A stretch of DNA of 62,812 nt, the filler included, from Chiloscyllium plagiosum (Eukaryota), in assembly GCF_004010195.1 (NCBI RefSeq). It is 4 parts of 2 records of this genome, joined end to end, with 100 filler letters (N's around TTAATTAATTAA, not from the genome) between each part and the next. Parts side by side here need not be neighbours in the genome. Positions count along the whole stretch, not along the records: positions 25,363 to 52,730 come from NC_057714.1; positions 52,831 to 61,161 come from NC_057714.1; positions 61,262 to 62,812 come from NC_057715.1; 1 more part is not named here. One strand, given 5' to 3'. How positions within the stretch are numbered: position 1 is the stretch's first letter; each line of letters begins with the position of its first letter. The translations under genes were made by a program, and so were the position numbers. Shown here piece after piece: positions 50,051 through 62,812 of this stretch. The notes under the pieces are model-generated. The model was not told where the DNA came from, ran no database searches, and was given only the letters and a program-made list of their open reading frames with translations.

Positions 50051-52299
50051 AGAATTTTCAAGGCTCGCTAATGTCCGGCGCTTTGTCCAATCAATGGGCC
50101 AAATAAACCAAAGGAACCCAGGTTTGACCAGAGTGAAATTCTACAAGCAGACCTATACTTTCCTCAAACTGAGATAGTGCTCCGTCATGACCTGAATCAG
50201 ATGGCCAGTTGATAAATACTCAACTGCTCTTTCACCTCCCTGTTCCACAACAGAGGTTACAGTTAAAGACTGGTGTTCAAGACTGAAATTGGTAGATTTT
50301 TGCTGGGTAATGGGAGAAAATAGGCCCGATCTAAATGAACGGGAGAAAAGTCCGAAGAGATTTCTCTTGGCCCTGCCTTCTATCAGAATGTAATGACTGA
50401 GCTTATCTGCATAATTTACACAACACTTAAAACACTCTAAAAATAGGCAGGCAATCACATTGGTTGATTATACTACTCAAGTCAGAGTGTGAACAGCAAT
50501 ATTCCATGCATTCCTGCGGCTTTGTTTGTGTTTGACAACTATAATTTACCTGTTAACTATAAATAAAATAAGCTAGCAGTGTACATATTTTAAAACCTGT
50601 GTGTAAAGTTTTATTTAAAAAGGGTTGCTCCATCAGCTTGCCACCTCTCAGACTATTTCTCAAGCTAGAACAACCAAATAAGGATCTAACAGGGAGAATT
50701 CCAAAATAAAAAGCATTTCTTTCACCTCACAGATCAAAATTTGCAGTCAAAGACTGGCAGTATTGCTAACAACAAGAGGACTGTGAGCAGGTTTCAACTG
50801 AACAAGGCATTTTACAGGATTGATCAGACAGATGCCAAATAACCTCAGCGCAGAGAAGTAAAACAATTCATTCTGGATCGTCAAATACACAAAATAGTAA
50901 AAAGAGAGAGAGCGAGAGAGTGCTTGGGTACCTAAATCTACAAAAAGAACCAAGTGCTGTTTGATATAGATGCATTGAAAAAGAGAGATCTTATGTTTAG
51001 AAAGAAGAATTAAAAAGCAAATGCAAGGAGGTAACAAAGACCAATAGTTTGCATTTATATAGCGCCTTTAATTTAGAAAGTGGCATTTCATCACTGAAAA
51101 ACATTGAGTATAAGTAAGGCAGATACCCAAAAGCTTGATCAAAGATGTTAGTTGAAATAATACTCTTAAGTTTGGAAAATGAAGTACAGAGGTTCATGAT
51201 GGGCATTCCAAAACTTACAAATATTAATGCGGTGATCAAAATCAGGGATGCTCAAGGGTTTGAGGAATGCATATATCATAAAGATCGCAGAGCGAGAATA
51301 GATTAGAGAGAAGGAAATGGTGATCCCATTGACAGATTTGAAAACATTTGTAACTCATTGACTAGGTTGCATTTCAAGTTATGATGTCACGCTTTGCAAG
51401 GATGTATAGGTGAACAAGGGTATGAGGGATCAGAGACTTTAGAAGTGTACTTCTTTTCAGTGGCATGATGATGGGAAATTTTCATAATGTGAATAAGGAA
51501 AAATAATGTACACTAGTCAATAAGTTGATATCAAGAGCATTTCCAGAACGAATGATAGTAAGGGATATGGTGATAGTATGGAAAGTAGCACTGAATAGTA
51601 GGGCAGGTTTGATGGGTAGAATGATCTACTCTTGCATCTATGCTCTTAAGAACAGTATCAATCAGTAGAATTCATTTCTTGCTTAATTGAGATTTGCTCA
51701 ATTACAAACCATGGTAGAAGCTGAATTTGTAATGGCTTTTAAAGAAGAAGTCAATGAATGTTTGAAAAAGAAAAGTTTGAAATGGCGTAGCAAAATGAAC
51801 TGAGAGATAGATTTTCAGCAAGACAGCATAGTGGGATGAGTAGACTCACATGCAAAATTTGCCTATGCCATCATTTTTGCATCTGTGCAGTGCTGCTTCT
51901 CCCTTTCATCAACATGAACTTGTGCACTGAAGATTCAGAGATAAAGTATGGCCTGACAACAGCAACCAAGCCAACAAGGGAGCTCATCTCAGAAGCTTCA
52001 ATGTCCTTTGCTCTGTGGAGGGGTGGACTTACTCCAAGTTAAGACTGCACTTATAATTGGTGCAAAGTGAAAGCCATGAAGTAATTAATATCCTACTTAA
52101 AATGTTAACAGGGACTCCGTTTGAGCACTGCACCCACTGCTGGCATCATTGTTGGGAGGCGATTGAAATTGGAGATAAGCTACAACACAGAATGCATCTG
52201 ATGCTCCATGTCATGAGAAAACGCTCTGAAGTTACAACCGAGCAGTCCCGGGGCAGCAGCTGACACAGGGGTAAGCAGACTGGGAACAGGTGCATGGCA

Positions 52300-52730
52300 G
52301 GGAAACAGTCCCAGATCATAGGGAAGTGTGGGGGAAACATTCCGGGAGCAGAGGGCAGAGAGAGGGGGAAACAGTCCCAGAGCAGTGTGCAGGGCGAGGG
52401 GGAAACAGTCCCAGAGCAGTGGGTGGGGCGAGGGGGAAACAGTCCCAGAGCAGTGGGCGGGGCGAGGGGGAAACAGTCCCAGAGCAGTGTGCAGGGCGAG
52501 GGGGAAACAGTCCCAGAGCAGTGTGCAGGGCGAGGGGGAAACAGTCCCAGAGCAGTGTGCAGGGCGAGGGGGAAACAGTCCCAGAGCAGTGTGCAGGGCG
52601 AGGGGGAAACAGTCCCAGAGCAGTGTGCAGGGCGAGGGGGAAACAGTCCCAGAGCAGTGTGCAGGGCGAGGGGGAAACAGTCCCAGAGCAGTGTGCGGGG
52701 CGAGGGGGAAACAGTCCCAGAGCAGTGTGC
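52300..52730. repeat. 34-bp minisatellite (GAGGGGGAAACAGTCCCAGAGCAGTGTGCAGGGC), about 11 good copies plus degenerate precursors, running into a gap
   Basis: Period 34 (ACAGTCCC at 52371, 52405, ...). Confidence 0.95.
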
Positions 52731-52830
52731 NNNNNNNNNNNNNNNNNNNNNNNNNNNNNNNNNNNNNNNNNNNNTTAATTAATTAANNNNNNNNNNNNNN
52801 NNNNNNNNNNNNNNNNNNNNNNNNNNNNNN

Positions 52831-53720
52831 CAGGTAGATAGGATAGTGAAGAAGGCGTTTGGTATGCTTTCCTTTATTGGTCAGAGTATTGCATACAGGA
52901 GTTGGGAGGTCATGTTGTGGCTGTACAGGACATTGGTTAGGCCACTGTTGGAATATTGCATGCAATTCTGGTCTCCTTCTTATCGGAAAGATGTGAAACT
53001 TGAAAGGGTTCAGAAAAGATTTGCAAGGATGTTGCCAGGGTTGGAGCATTTGAGCTATAGAGTGAGGCTGAACTGGCTGGGCTGTTTTCCCTGGAGCATC
53101 CGAGGAGCTTCAGCAAAATCGACGTTTCGGGCAAAAGCCCTTCATCGGGAATAAAGGCAGAGAGCCTGAAGTGTGGAGAGATAAACTAGAGAAGGGTGGG
53201 GGTGGGGAGAGAGTAGCATAGAATACAATAGGTCAGTGGGGGAGGAGATGAAGGTGATTGGTCAGGGAGGAGAGGGTGGAGTGGATAGGTGGAAAAGGAG
53301 CTGGGCAGGTCGGACCTGGGAGTTGCAGTGGGAGAGGGACTCCCTGAGATTCTTGTAGAGAGAGGAGGAAAACTTCTTCAAGGCAGGCATCCTTGCAAGA
53401 GGATTCGCAGTAGGTGTCGGGGAGTCCAGAACTAGAGGGCATAGGTTTAGGGTGAAAGGGCAAAGATATGAAAGAGACCTAAGGGGCAACGTTTTCATGC
53501 AGAGGGTGTTATGTGTATGGAATGAGCTGCCAGAGGATGTGGTGGAGGCTGGTACAATTACATTTAAGAGGCATTTGGATGGGTATATGAATAGGAAGGG
53601 TTTGGAGGGATATTGGCCAGGTGCTGGCAGGTGGGACTAGATTGAGTTGGGATATCTGGTTGGCTTGGACGGGTTGAACTGAATGTTCTGTTTCCGTGCT
53701 GTACATCTCTATGACTCTAT
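52831..53720 (+). mobile_element. CR1 3' fragment interrupted by a minus-strand Penelope fragment (~53095-53415) that carries a hammerhead with a mutated core (CCGATGA)
   Basis: CR1 motifs on both sides; AATCGACGTTTCGGGCAAAAGCCCTTCATCGGGAATA at 53118-53153. Confidence 0.85.
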
Positions 53721-56700
53721 ATGTACTGATGTTACATTCTCCCCTCCAACACCCCCCCACCCCCCACCACTGTTGGGTTCCGTATCGCTATCCCAGGTGT
53801 TTTCTGAGCTGGGTTCCATCTCTCCATGGTTTGCTGCCTGCCTCCAAGCACTTGGTCGTGAATGTTAGCCTATGTTAGTAGGCTGCCCATTTCATGAAAA
53901 TTATTTTGATGTTTTTTTTGCCAGTACAAAAACCCTTGCCTTTTCCTTAAAATGGTGTCAGCTTACGTTTGAATGCCAATGTAATGAAGCTGTGACTTTT
54001 TAATGGTGTAAAATATTTGCAGTTCATTGGATTTTTTATTTCAAAAAATATACTGTTAAAAATGTGCATACATTATCACATGCAGTTCAGTTCTGTACAG
54101 TATCATCAAGTAGTCTTGCTGACGTTGTCGTGCATGCGCCATTGTCATCTGATTAAAAGCATTCTATTGCTTGTTTATTTGAGCTGCTCATTTGACACTG
54201 TTTAAAGGGTTGTGGATAGAATTTTTTAATGACTGACTGACTAGAAGCCAAACATTTACGAAGAGAAACAATGGCTGGGTCAAATTGAAACTGTTGGTCA
54301 AAGCCAAATTTTGCAACTCCTTAAATTGTAAATCAATTGTGTGACAGTGGTACTTGCACTTTAAATGTAGTAATTTGCAAATTGCTTAAGTGTTTTAAGT
54401 GGTTATTTGTAAATTAGTGATGCATTTACTGACTGCTTTGCAGATTACAAATTTGGTTTGGGGTAATTTTGACAACTGAGATTTCACGCTAAAACTCTTC
54501 AAATATCAGTAGCTAGGACTAAGCAACCCCATAACTATATCAGATCTCAGCTCTACAGTCCTGCCACATCCAATTGACTAGTGGTGGGCAATTAACACTT
54601 CATTGAAGAAGTCTATAAATATCCCTATCCTCCACCATCATGGAGTTGCGCAAATCAGTGCGAAAAACAAAACTAGGGCTGAAATACTTGCATTCATCTT
54701 CAGCTAGAGTGCCAAGTGGATGAGCCAACTCTGCGTCCTTCACAGCCTCAAAGATGCCAGTCTTTGTTCCTCCAGACATTTCTTGAGATCTAATACTGCA
54801 AAGGCTATGGACCCTTAAAATGTTCCAGCATTAATGCTAAGGACTAGTGTATGGAATGAGCTGCAGAGGAAGTGGTAGAGGTGGGTACAATGAAAACACT
54901 TAAAAGACATTTGTAAGGTACATGAATAGAAAAGTTTAGAAAGGTATGGGCCAAGTACAAGTGTATGGGGTTAGTTCAACTTGGGATACTAGATTGGCAT
55001 GGATAAGTTGGATCAATGGGTCTGAGTTGTATGACTGTCTCTAATTTGCCACTTACCTTAGCCAAGTTGTTCTAGTTCAGTTACAATACTGGCAACTATC
55101 TGACAAAGTGGAAAATCACAAGTATGTTCGTCTGCTGTCCAGCAAGTGATGGAAGGAATTGTTGATTGTTGTCAAGTTTTACTTTTTGTAAAGGAGAAAT
55201 CAGCTTAGTGTATTGTTTGGGACTGCACGGTTCCTATCATAATTTTTGTCCAAAGGTTGGATAAAGTAACTGACCTCATGAGCTGACACTCGTGAGAGCT
55301 GATCTTATTGTCAAGGCAGTAAAGTCAGTTCTTCTAAAATGCGATGGTTGCATTCTTGTGCAGTCCTACATTCAAGAAAAATTGCTCTTGAGAAACAGCA
55401 CTTAATGTTGGTGTTTTGTATAACAGCCAACGCATGTTTTAGAGGTTCATGCTCTAGAAACAGCATCCCCCATTTGTCAATTGTGATACAGTGAATTTGC
55501 ATTAACAAAGCATGCATAATAACAACGAGCTGTATTTGACTGAGTATGGCATTAGAGTCTTAACAAAGCTGGTGTCCTGTCAATTGCACAGAAAGATGTT
55601 TTGGAGGTTAGGTCAGAAACTAGGAATCTTGCAGTGACTAATTTGCCTCTTGACTCCTTGACCTATCCATCATCTAGAAGGAACACCTCAGCAGTGTGAG
55701 GAATATTAATTGCTAATCTCAACGCTGTTTCAGCAATATTCAAAGAGTTTGACATCAGCTGATCTGACTAGCTTTTTCAGCACTATACAATCTAAAAGAT
55801 GCATTACAGCAACTCACCAAGGTTGTTTTGACAGCACTTCATTCTTGAGGTGTACCACCTATAAGGACAGGGGTGGCAGATGCACAGGAGAACCTCCAAG
55901 CCCCACAACATCCTGATTTTTAAATATATTACTGTTGCTGGGTCAAAATCTGGCACTAGGACACTGGTGATGCTACATCTCATGGGCTGACATTCAGTAA
56001 GGCAGCTCACTGCCACTTCCAAAGCAAATTAGGGTTGAGGAAACAATTGCTGGCTGAGCCAGTGAAATGCATGTCTCATGAATGCAAGCACGTTTCTGCA
56101 TTTCATAGGGATTCTCTTTTTACTATGACAGTGACACAGCTCTTGTTCCAGTGACTGCTGGCCTGCTATATTACTTCCTAACTTTTATTTCAAGGTTTCT
56201 GTGGTTTTTTACATATTTAATGAATGCTCACTAGTATTACATTTTACAGTTTCAGAAATAATTGTGCAGCTACATGAATCTGAATGTTTGTCAATTGATG
56301 TGTGCTAAATGGTTGTTTTTGAAATTGCACCTAGTACAGTAGACTCTGATGTTTGAACTTGACTGGCTCTGTTTAGAAGCACATGAGGGGATGAAATAGT
56401 CTTTAATGAAGTTTATATCTCATCTTTTGGCTCTTAAATTTCCTTCCTCGTGGCAACTCTTTAGGCAAGCCCTTCTGCTTTCCATCCACAGACTTCAGAT
56501 GTTAAAGCTGCATTTTTCCTAAAGCTGTCAATGGTGTACCACCCACTATTGAATGTGGCTGTTATAGGCTAGCTCATCACATCCTTTTTTTTTGGTGAGT
56601 CTGTGCTTTTGGCACAGATCACCATCTCATTCTCCCTCCTCTGTTCAATGGGCTGGACCTCTCTTTTACTTGATGTGCATTTGGCTATATACCAACCATA

Positions 56701-57499
56701 TACTGTACAACAGTAGCCAGTGAATTGCCTGCAATGGCATCTCATGATGTCTCTGGAGTCCCTCATGATTCTCCTGTCATTTCCTCTACCCTGATCAGAG
56801 GAGGATCAAAAAGGTCAGTTTCCACATGTAAGGTATGTCAAGGCTCATCTCACCATGTCCTCCTCCACTTGCAGGGTATGGGTGTGGCCGAAGTGTCATT
56901 TATTGCTTAATAGTTTTGTCTTTGAAGATGGTGTGCTGCTAACTCTGCTGTCTTGACTGCTTGGTATCTCTTTCTTGCTAGTTTGAATAAATGTTTCTTC
57001 AGCACCTCCCTGGGGAGCCAGAAGATATTGTCTCTGCCTCCCAACATTTTCACATCAGGACAAATAAAACAAAGTGGAGAATGACTACAAAACTCCTGGT
57101 GCCAGTTGTGTATCAAAAATCAATACTCTGCAATGTTAGTGGGTTTACAGCAAGGGATTAAGGATGTTATCCTTTATTATCAGCTATTCAACATAAAAGT
57201 AAAGGTGCTTTTACTTCAGTTCCCCAGAGGATGGGTGAAACCATGCCTAGAATACTGTATGTAGGCAGTTTGTGTGTTTTATTTTCCAGAAGTATGTAAA
57301 TGGTTTGGAGGCTATTCATTGGAAGTTTACTAGACTAAAACTGAGTTTTTTTTGTAGGCAGGGCAATCAAACCTTATTATGGTAAATAAGGAAGAGAAAC
57401 TTGGAACACCGGTTAGTCATAATCTGAATAGTGAAGTCAACATTGTCCTATCAGACCATATGACTATCCCTCCTTGGAGAGAGATGAATGGCAGTTTAC

Positions 57500-58350
57500 C
57501 TTCCTTCACCAAATCGTAGAACATAGAACGTTAGAGCACAGTACAGGCTCTTCGGCCCCCAGTTGCACTGCCCTGTGAAACAAATCTGAAACCCATCTAA
57601 CCTACGTAATTCCATTTTTGCCCATAAACCTATCAAATGACCTTTTAAATGCCCTAAAGTTGGTGAGTCTACTATTGTTGCAGGCAGTACATTCCATGCC
57701 CCTACTACTCCCCTCCTTGAACAGGAAACAATATTTGCTGTCCTCCAATCTTCTGGCACTATTCCTGTAGACAATGACTGCATGAAGATCCGAGTCAAAG
57801 GCTCTGCAATCTCCTCTCTGACTTCCCATAGAATTCCAGAATAAATCCCATCTGGCCCAGAGGATTTATCTATTTTCACACTTCCCAGAATTTGTAACAC
57901 CACCTCCTCGTGAACTTCAATCCCATCTAGTCTAGTAGCCTGTTTTTTTTTTCAGTATTCTCATCAACATTTTTTTTCCTGCGTGAATATTGACGAAAAA
58001 TATTCAGAGCGCTTCCCTTATCATCTGACTCCATGCATAACTTCCTACTACTTTGCTTGATTGGCCCTAGTCTTACTATAGTCATTCTTTTATCTCTTCT
58101 TTACCTGTAGAAAACTTCAGGGTTTTCTTAATTCTTTCTACCAACAACGTCTCACATCCCCTCCTTGCATGTCTTGGCTCTCAAGTCTTTCCTGGCTATC
58201 TTGTAACTCTGCCCTAACTGAGCCTTTGCATCTCATCATAACATAAACCGCCTTTTTCCTCTTGACGAGATTCAAATTCCTTAGTAAACCACGGCTCCTG
58301 CACTGGAGAATGTCCTGCCTGTCTGAGAGGTAGATACTTATCAAGGGCAC
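57500..58350 (-). mobile_element. Internally deleted CR1 ORF2 fragment
   Basis: IDKSSGPDGIY..LWEVREEIAEPL..PEDWRTAN joined directly to the 3' end (WNVLP). Confidence 0.85.
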
Positions 58351-58418
58351 ACAGTAGCTGAGGGAGGAACCTTGATGGCAATCTCAGCAAGTGAGAGTTG
58401 AACCCACACTATTAGCAA

Positions 58419-58619
58419 GGGGAAAGTGAGGACTGCAGATGCTGGAGATTAGTCAAGTATGTGGTGCTGGAAAAGCACAACAGGTCAAGCAGCATCCAAG
58501 GAGCAGGAGATCTCCGCTCTCAGCCTCATTGCTGATGAAACGCTTTTGCCCGAAATGTTGATTCGCCTGCTCCTCTGCTGTCTGACCTGCTGTGCTTTTC
58601 CAGCTCTACACTCTCGACT
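58419..58619. mobile_element. Short Penelope-derived element with inverted halves, a degenerate hammerhead (58532-58560) and a 15-bp TSD (CCACACTATTAGCAA at 58404-58418 and 58620-58634)
   Basis: GCTGGAAAAGCACAACAGGTCA / TGACCTGCTGTGCTTTTCCAGC arms; CTGATGAAACGCTTTTGCCCGAAATG. Confidence 0.85.
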
Positions 58620-59222
58620 CCACACTATTAGCAACACTGTTGTCTGGACAACTGGTTACAATGTAAAGCTAACTAAACAGCTCTCTCCTTTTTTGTCTTT
58701 GTAATCTCCCTTTTTAATCTCTAGATTTCTGCACTACATTTTTCGTCCCATCTTGAATCACTCCAGCAGGAGTCATTTTTATCTATCTAGGCCCTATGTT
58801 CATCCACTTCATCCATTCTAAACCTTCCCATTCTTCCAGTTTTCTGCTGAGACTTTTTTTACCCTAACTCTTTGACCTTTTGGCTATCCAGTGTCTAAGT
58901 GGCTAAATGTCAACATGTGATTTTTCTGTGCATTGGGACAATTTATTTTTGTGCTTTATTACAATAAACTGCTATTGTAAGAAGTCTTATGCTTAGAAAC
59001 ATTAGTTCAAATCTCTTCCTTCATTTTGCAACTTTTAACTTGAAATGCAGTTTTACACACTTGTGTCCTTCATAATCAACTATTATATCTATTCTGTAAG
59101 TCCACTTTTTTTACACTTGAAAAAAATCCTCAATATAGTTTCCCTTCAGAGTAATCTTGGTGAAACGATAAAGCCCTCTTGCTTTTAATGATTTATCTAA
59201 ATAAAAGATCAAAACTACATTT

Positions 59223-60973
59223 TTGATAAGGGATAGCATTACAGCTGTGCTGAGGGAGGATATTCCAGGAAATACATCCAGGGAAGTTATTTGGGTGGAA
59301 TTGAGAAATAAGAAATGGATGATCACCTTATTGGGATTGTATTATAGACCCCCCAATAGTCAGAGGGAAATTGAGAAACAAACTTGTAAGGAGATCTCAG
59401 CTATCTCAGAAAATAATAGGGTGGTTATGGTAGGGGATTTTAACTTTCCAAACATCGACTGGGACTGCCATAGTGTTAAAGGTTTAGATGGAGAGGAATT
59501 TCTTAAGTNNNNNNNNNNNNNNNNNNNNNNNNNNNNNNNNNNNNNNNNNNNNNNNNNNNNNNNNNNNNNNNNNNNNNNNNNNNNNNNNNNNNNNNNNNNN
59601 NNNNNNNNNNNNNNNNNNNNNNNNNNNNNNNNNNNNNNNNNNNNNNNNNNNNNNNNNNNNNNNNNNNCCTGTCAGGGTGAAAGGGAAGGCTGGTAGGTAT
59701 AGGGAATGCTGGATGACTAAAGAAACTGAGGATTTGGTTAAGAAAAAGAAGGAAGCATATGTCAAGTATAGACAGAATAGATCGAGTGAATCCTTAGAAT
59801 ATAAAGAAAGTAGGAGTATATGTAAGAGGGACATCAGAAGGGCAAAATGGGGACATGAGATAGCTTTGGCAAATAGAATTAAGGAGAATCCAAAGGGTTT
59901 TTACAAATATATTAAGGACAAAAGGGTAACGAGGGAGAGAATAGGGCCCCTCAAAGATCAGCAAGGCGGCCTTTATGTGGAGCCACAGAAAATGGGGGAG
60001 ATAATAAATGAATATTTTGCATCAGTATTTACTGTGGAAAAGGATATGGAAGTTATAGACTAGGGAAATAGATGGTGACACCTTGCAAAATGTCCATATT
60101 ACAGAGGAGGAAGTGCTGGATGTCTTGAAACGGTTAAATATGGATAAATCCCAGGACCTGATCAGGTGTACACAAGGACTCTGGGAAGCTCGAGAAGTGA
60201 TTGCTGGGCGTCTTGCTGAGATATTTGTATCATCGATTAGTCACAGGTGAGGTGCTGGAAGACAGGAGGTTGGCAAATGTGGTACCACTGTTTAAAGAAG
60301 GGTGGTAAAGACAAGCCAGGGAACTATAGACCAGTGAGCCTGACGTTGGTGGTGGGCAAGTTGTTGGAGGGAATCCTGAGGGACAGGATGTACCTGTATT
60401 TGGAAAGGCAAGGACTGATTAGGGATCGTCAACATGGCTTTGTGTGTGGGCAATCATGTCTCACAAACTTTGTTTTTTAAAGAAGTAACAAAGAAGATTG
60501 AGGGCAGAGCAGTAGATGTGATCTATATGGACTTCAGTAAGGCATTTGACAAGGTTCCCCATGGGAGACTGAGTCAGCAAGGTTAGATCTCATGGAATAC
60601 AGGGAGAACTAGCCATTTGGGTGCAGAACTGGCTCAAAGGTAGAAGACAGAGGGTGGTGGTGGTGGAAGGTTGTTTTTCAGACTGGAAGCCTGTGACCAG
60701 TGGAGTGCCACAAAGATCGGTGCTGGGTCCTCTCCTTTTTGTTATTACACGAATGATTTAGATGCGAGCATAAGAGGTACAGTTAGTAAGTTTGCAGATG
60801 ACACCAAAATTGGAGGTGTAATGGACAGTGAAGATGGTTACCTCAGATTATAACAGGATCTGGACCGGATGGGCCAATGGGCTGAGAAGTGGCAGATGGA
60901 GTTGAATTCCGATAAATGCGAGGTGCTGCATTTTGGGAAAGCAAATCTTAGCAGGACTTGTACACTTAATGGT
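59223..60973 (+). mobile_element. CR1 ORF2 (APE endonuclease plus RT), disrupted, spanning the gap 59509-59667
   Basis: [40 protein letters not shown]. Confidence 0.93.
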
Positions 60974-61161
60974 AAAAACAATGACTGCAGATGCTGGAAA
61001 CCAGATTCTGGATTAGTGGTGCTGGAAGAGCCCAGCAGTTCAGGCAGCATCCAAGGAGCTTTGAAATCAACGCTTCAGGCAAAAGCACTTCATTAGGAAT
61101 AAAGGCAGTGAGCCTGAAGCGTGGAGAGATAAGCTAGAGGAGGGTGGGGTTGGGGAGAGAG
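60974..61161 (-). mobile_element. Penelope 3' module with an eroded hammerhead, abutting the CR1
   Basis: GGTAAAAACAATGACTGCAGATGCTGGAAACCAGA is the reverse complement of the 29515-29549 end. Confidence 0.82.
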
Positions 61162-61261
61162 NNNNNNNNNNNNNNNNNNNNNNNNNNNNNNNNNNNNNNN
61201 NNNNNTTAATTAATTAANNNNNNNNNNNNNNNNNNNNNNNNNNNNNNNNNNNNNNNNNNNN

Positions 61262-62812
61262 AGGACCCAGAACTGATCCCTGCGGTACTCCACTTGTAAC
61301 TGGGCTCCAGGCTGAGTATTTACCATCTACCACCACTCTCTGCCTTCGACCGGTTAGCCAGTTTTCTATCCAATTGGCCAAATTTCCCTCTATCCCATGC
61401 CTCCTGACTTTCCGTATAAGCCTACCATGGGGAAACTTATCAAATGACTTACTAAAATCCATGTACACTACATCCACTGCTCTACCCTCATCCACATGCT
61501 TGGTCCCTCCTCAAAGAATTCAATAAGACTTGTAAGGCAAGACCTACCCCTCACAAATCCGTGCTGGCTGTCCCTAATCAAGCAGTGTCCTTCCAGATAC
61601 TCATAAATCCTATCCCTCAGTACCCTTTCCATTACTTTGCAGACCACCGAAGTAAGACTAACTGGCCTGTAATTCCCGGGGTTATCCCTATTCCCTTTTT
61701 TGAACAGGGGCACAACATTCACCACTCTCCAGTCCCCTGGTTGACAGTGAAGACGAAAAGATCATTGCCAACGATTCTGCAATTTCCTCTCTTGCTTCCC
61801 ACATAATCCTAGGATATATCCCGTCAGGCCCGGGGGACTTGTCTATCCTCAAGTTTTTCAAAATGCCCAACACATCTTCCTTCCTAACAAGTATCTCCTC
61901 TAGCTTACCAGTCCATTTCATACTCTCCCCTTCAACAATACGGTCCCTCTCATTTGTTAATACTGAAGAAAAGTACCCATTCAAGACCTCTCCTATCTCT
62001 TCTGACTCAATGCACAGTCTCCCACTACTGTCCTTGATCGGACCTACCCTCATTCTCATCATTCTCATGTTTCTCACATACACATAAAAGGCCTTGTGCC
62101 CTCTCTTGGCTCTCCTAATCCCTTTCTTCAGCTCCCTCCTAGCTATCCTGTATCCCTCCAATGTTCTGTCTGAACCTTGTTTCCTCAACCTTATGTAAGC
62201 CTCCTTCTTCCTCTTTACTAGACCTTCAACCTCCCACGTCAACCAAGGTTCCCTCACATGGCCATCTCTTTCCTGCCTGACAGGTACATACATATGAAGG
62301 ACACATCATATCTGTTCCTTGAAAAAGTTCCACATTTCAACAACATCCTTCCCTGACAGCCTATGCTCCCAATTTATGCTCCTCAGATCCTGTCTTGCAG
62401 CATCATATTTACCCTTCCCCCAATTGTAAAACCTACCCTGTTGCACGCACCTATCTCTCTCCATAACCAAGGTGAAAGTCACAGAATTGTGGTCACCATC
62501 ACCAAAATGCTCACCCACTAACAAGCCCATCACTTGTCATAGTTCGTTACCAAGTACCAAATCTAATATGGCCTCCCCTCTGTTCGGACAATCTACATAC
62601 TGCGTTAGAAAGGCTTCCTGGACACACTGCACAAACACTGCCCCGTCCAATCTACTTGATCTAAAGAGCTTCCAATCAATATTTGGGAAGTTGAAATCAC
62701 CCATGACTACTACCCTGTGGCTTCTGCACCTTTCCAAAATCTGTTTCCCAATCCGTTTCTCCACATCTCTGCTGCTATTGGGGGGCCTATAGTAAACACC
62801 CAACAAAGTGAC
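61262..62812 (-). mobile_element. CR1 ORF2 (endonuclease plus RT N-terminal half), frameshifted
   Basis: [50 protein letters not shown]. Confidence 0.93.

Noticed and set aside
52290..52786. Three overlapping repetitive ORFs
   Set aside because: Translations of the 34-bp minisatellite, ended by the artificial linker.

Overview
Eukaryotic, repeat-rich vertebrate DNA, almost certainly a cartilaginous fish (shark): it is full of HE1-type V-SINEs, CR1/HER1-type LINE fragments and Penelope-like elements. The ORF track is mostly noise or LINE debris. Reading splice sites by hand gives three host genes, all on the minus strand. (1) Coding exon 1 of an MXD1/Mad gene (479-545) with a CpG-rich promoter packed with CCAAT and GC boxes. 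Its splice donor is amplified into a 21-bp minisatellite. (2) SNRNP27, coding exons 2-6 (20727 down to 7039) with phase-consistent GT-AG junctions; exon 1 was not found. (3) One 562-nt MyTH4 exon of ARHGAP39 (31801-32362). A 500-N gap at 21600-22099 separates a GC/CpG-rich left part from an AT-richer right part and may be a scaffolding join. Three 100-nt gaps contain an artificial TTAATTAATTAA linker. The most interesting non-genic signal is a dispersed family of short Penelope-derived insertions. Many carry a minimal hammerhead-ribozyme core (CTGA[T/A]GA-A-GGGC-N4-GCCC-GAAACGTC), several have inverted ends, and four have 12-15 bp target-site duplications. Gene identities come from my recollection of the human proteins, not from a database search. 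Repeat boundaries are approximate.
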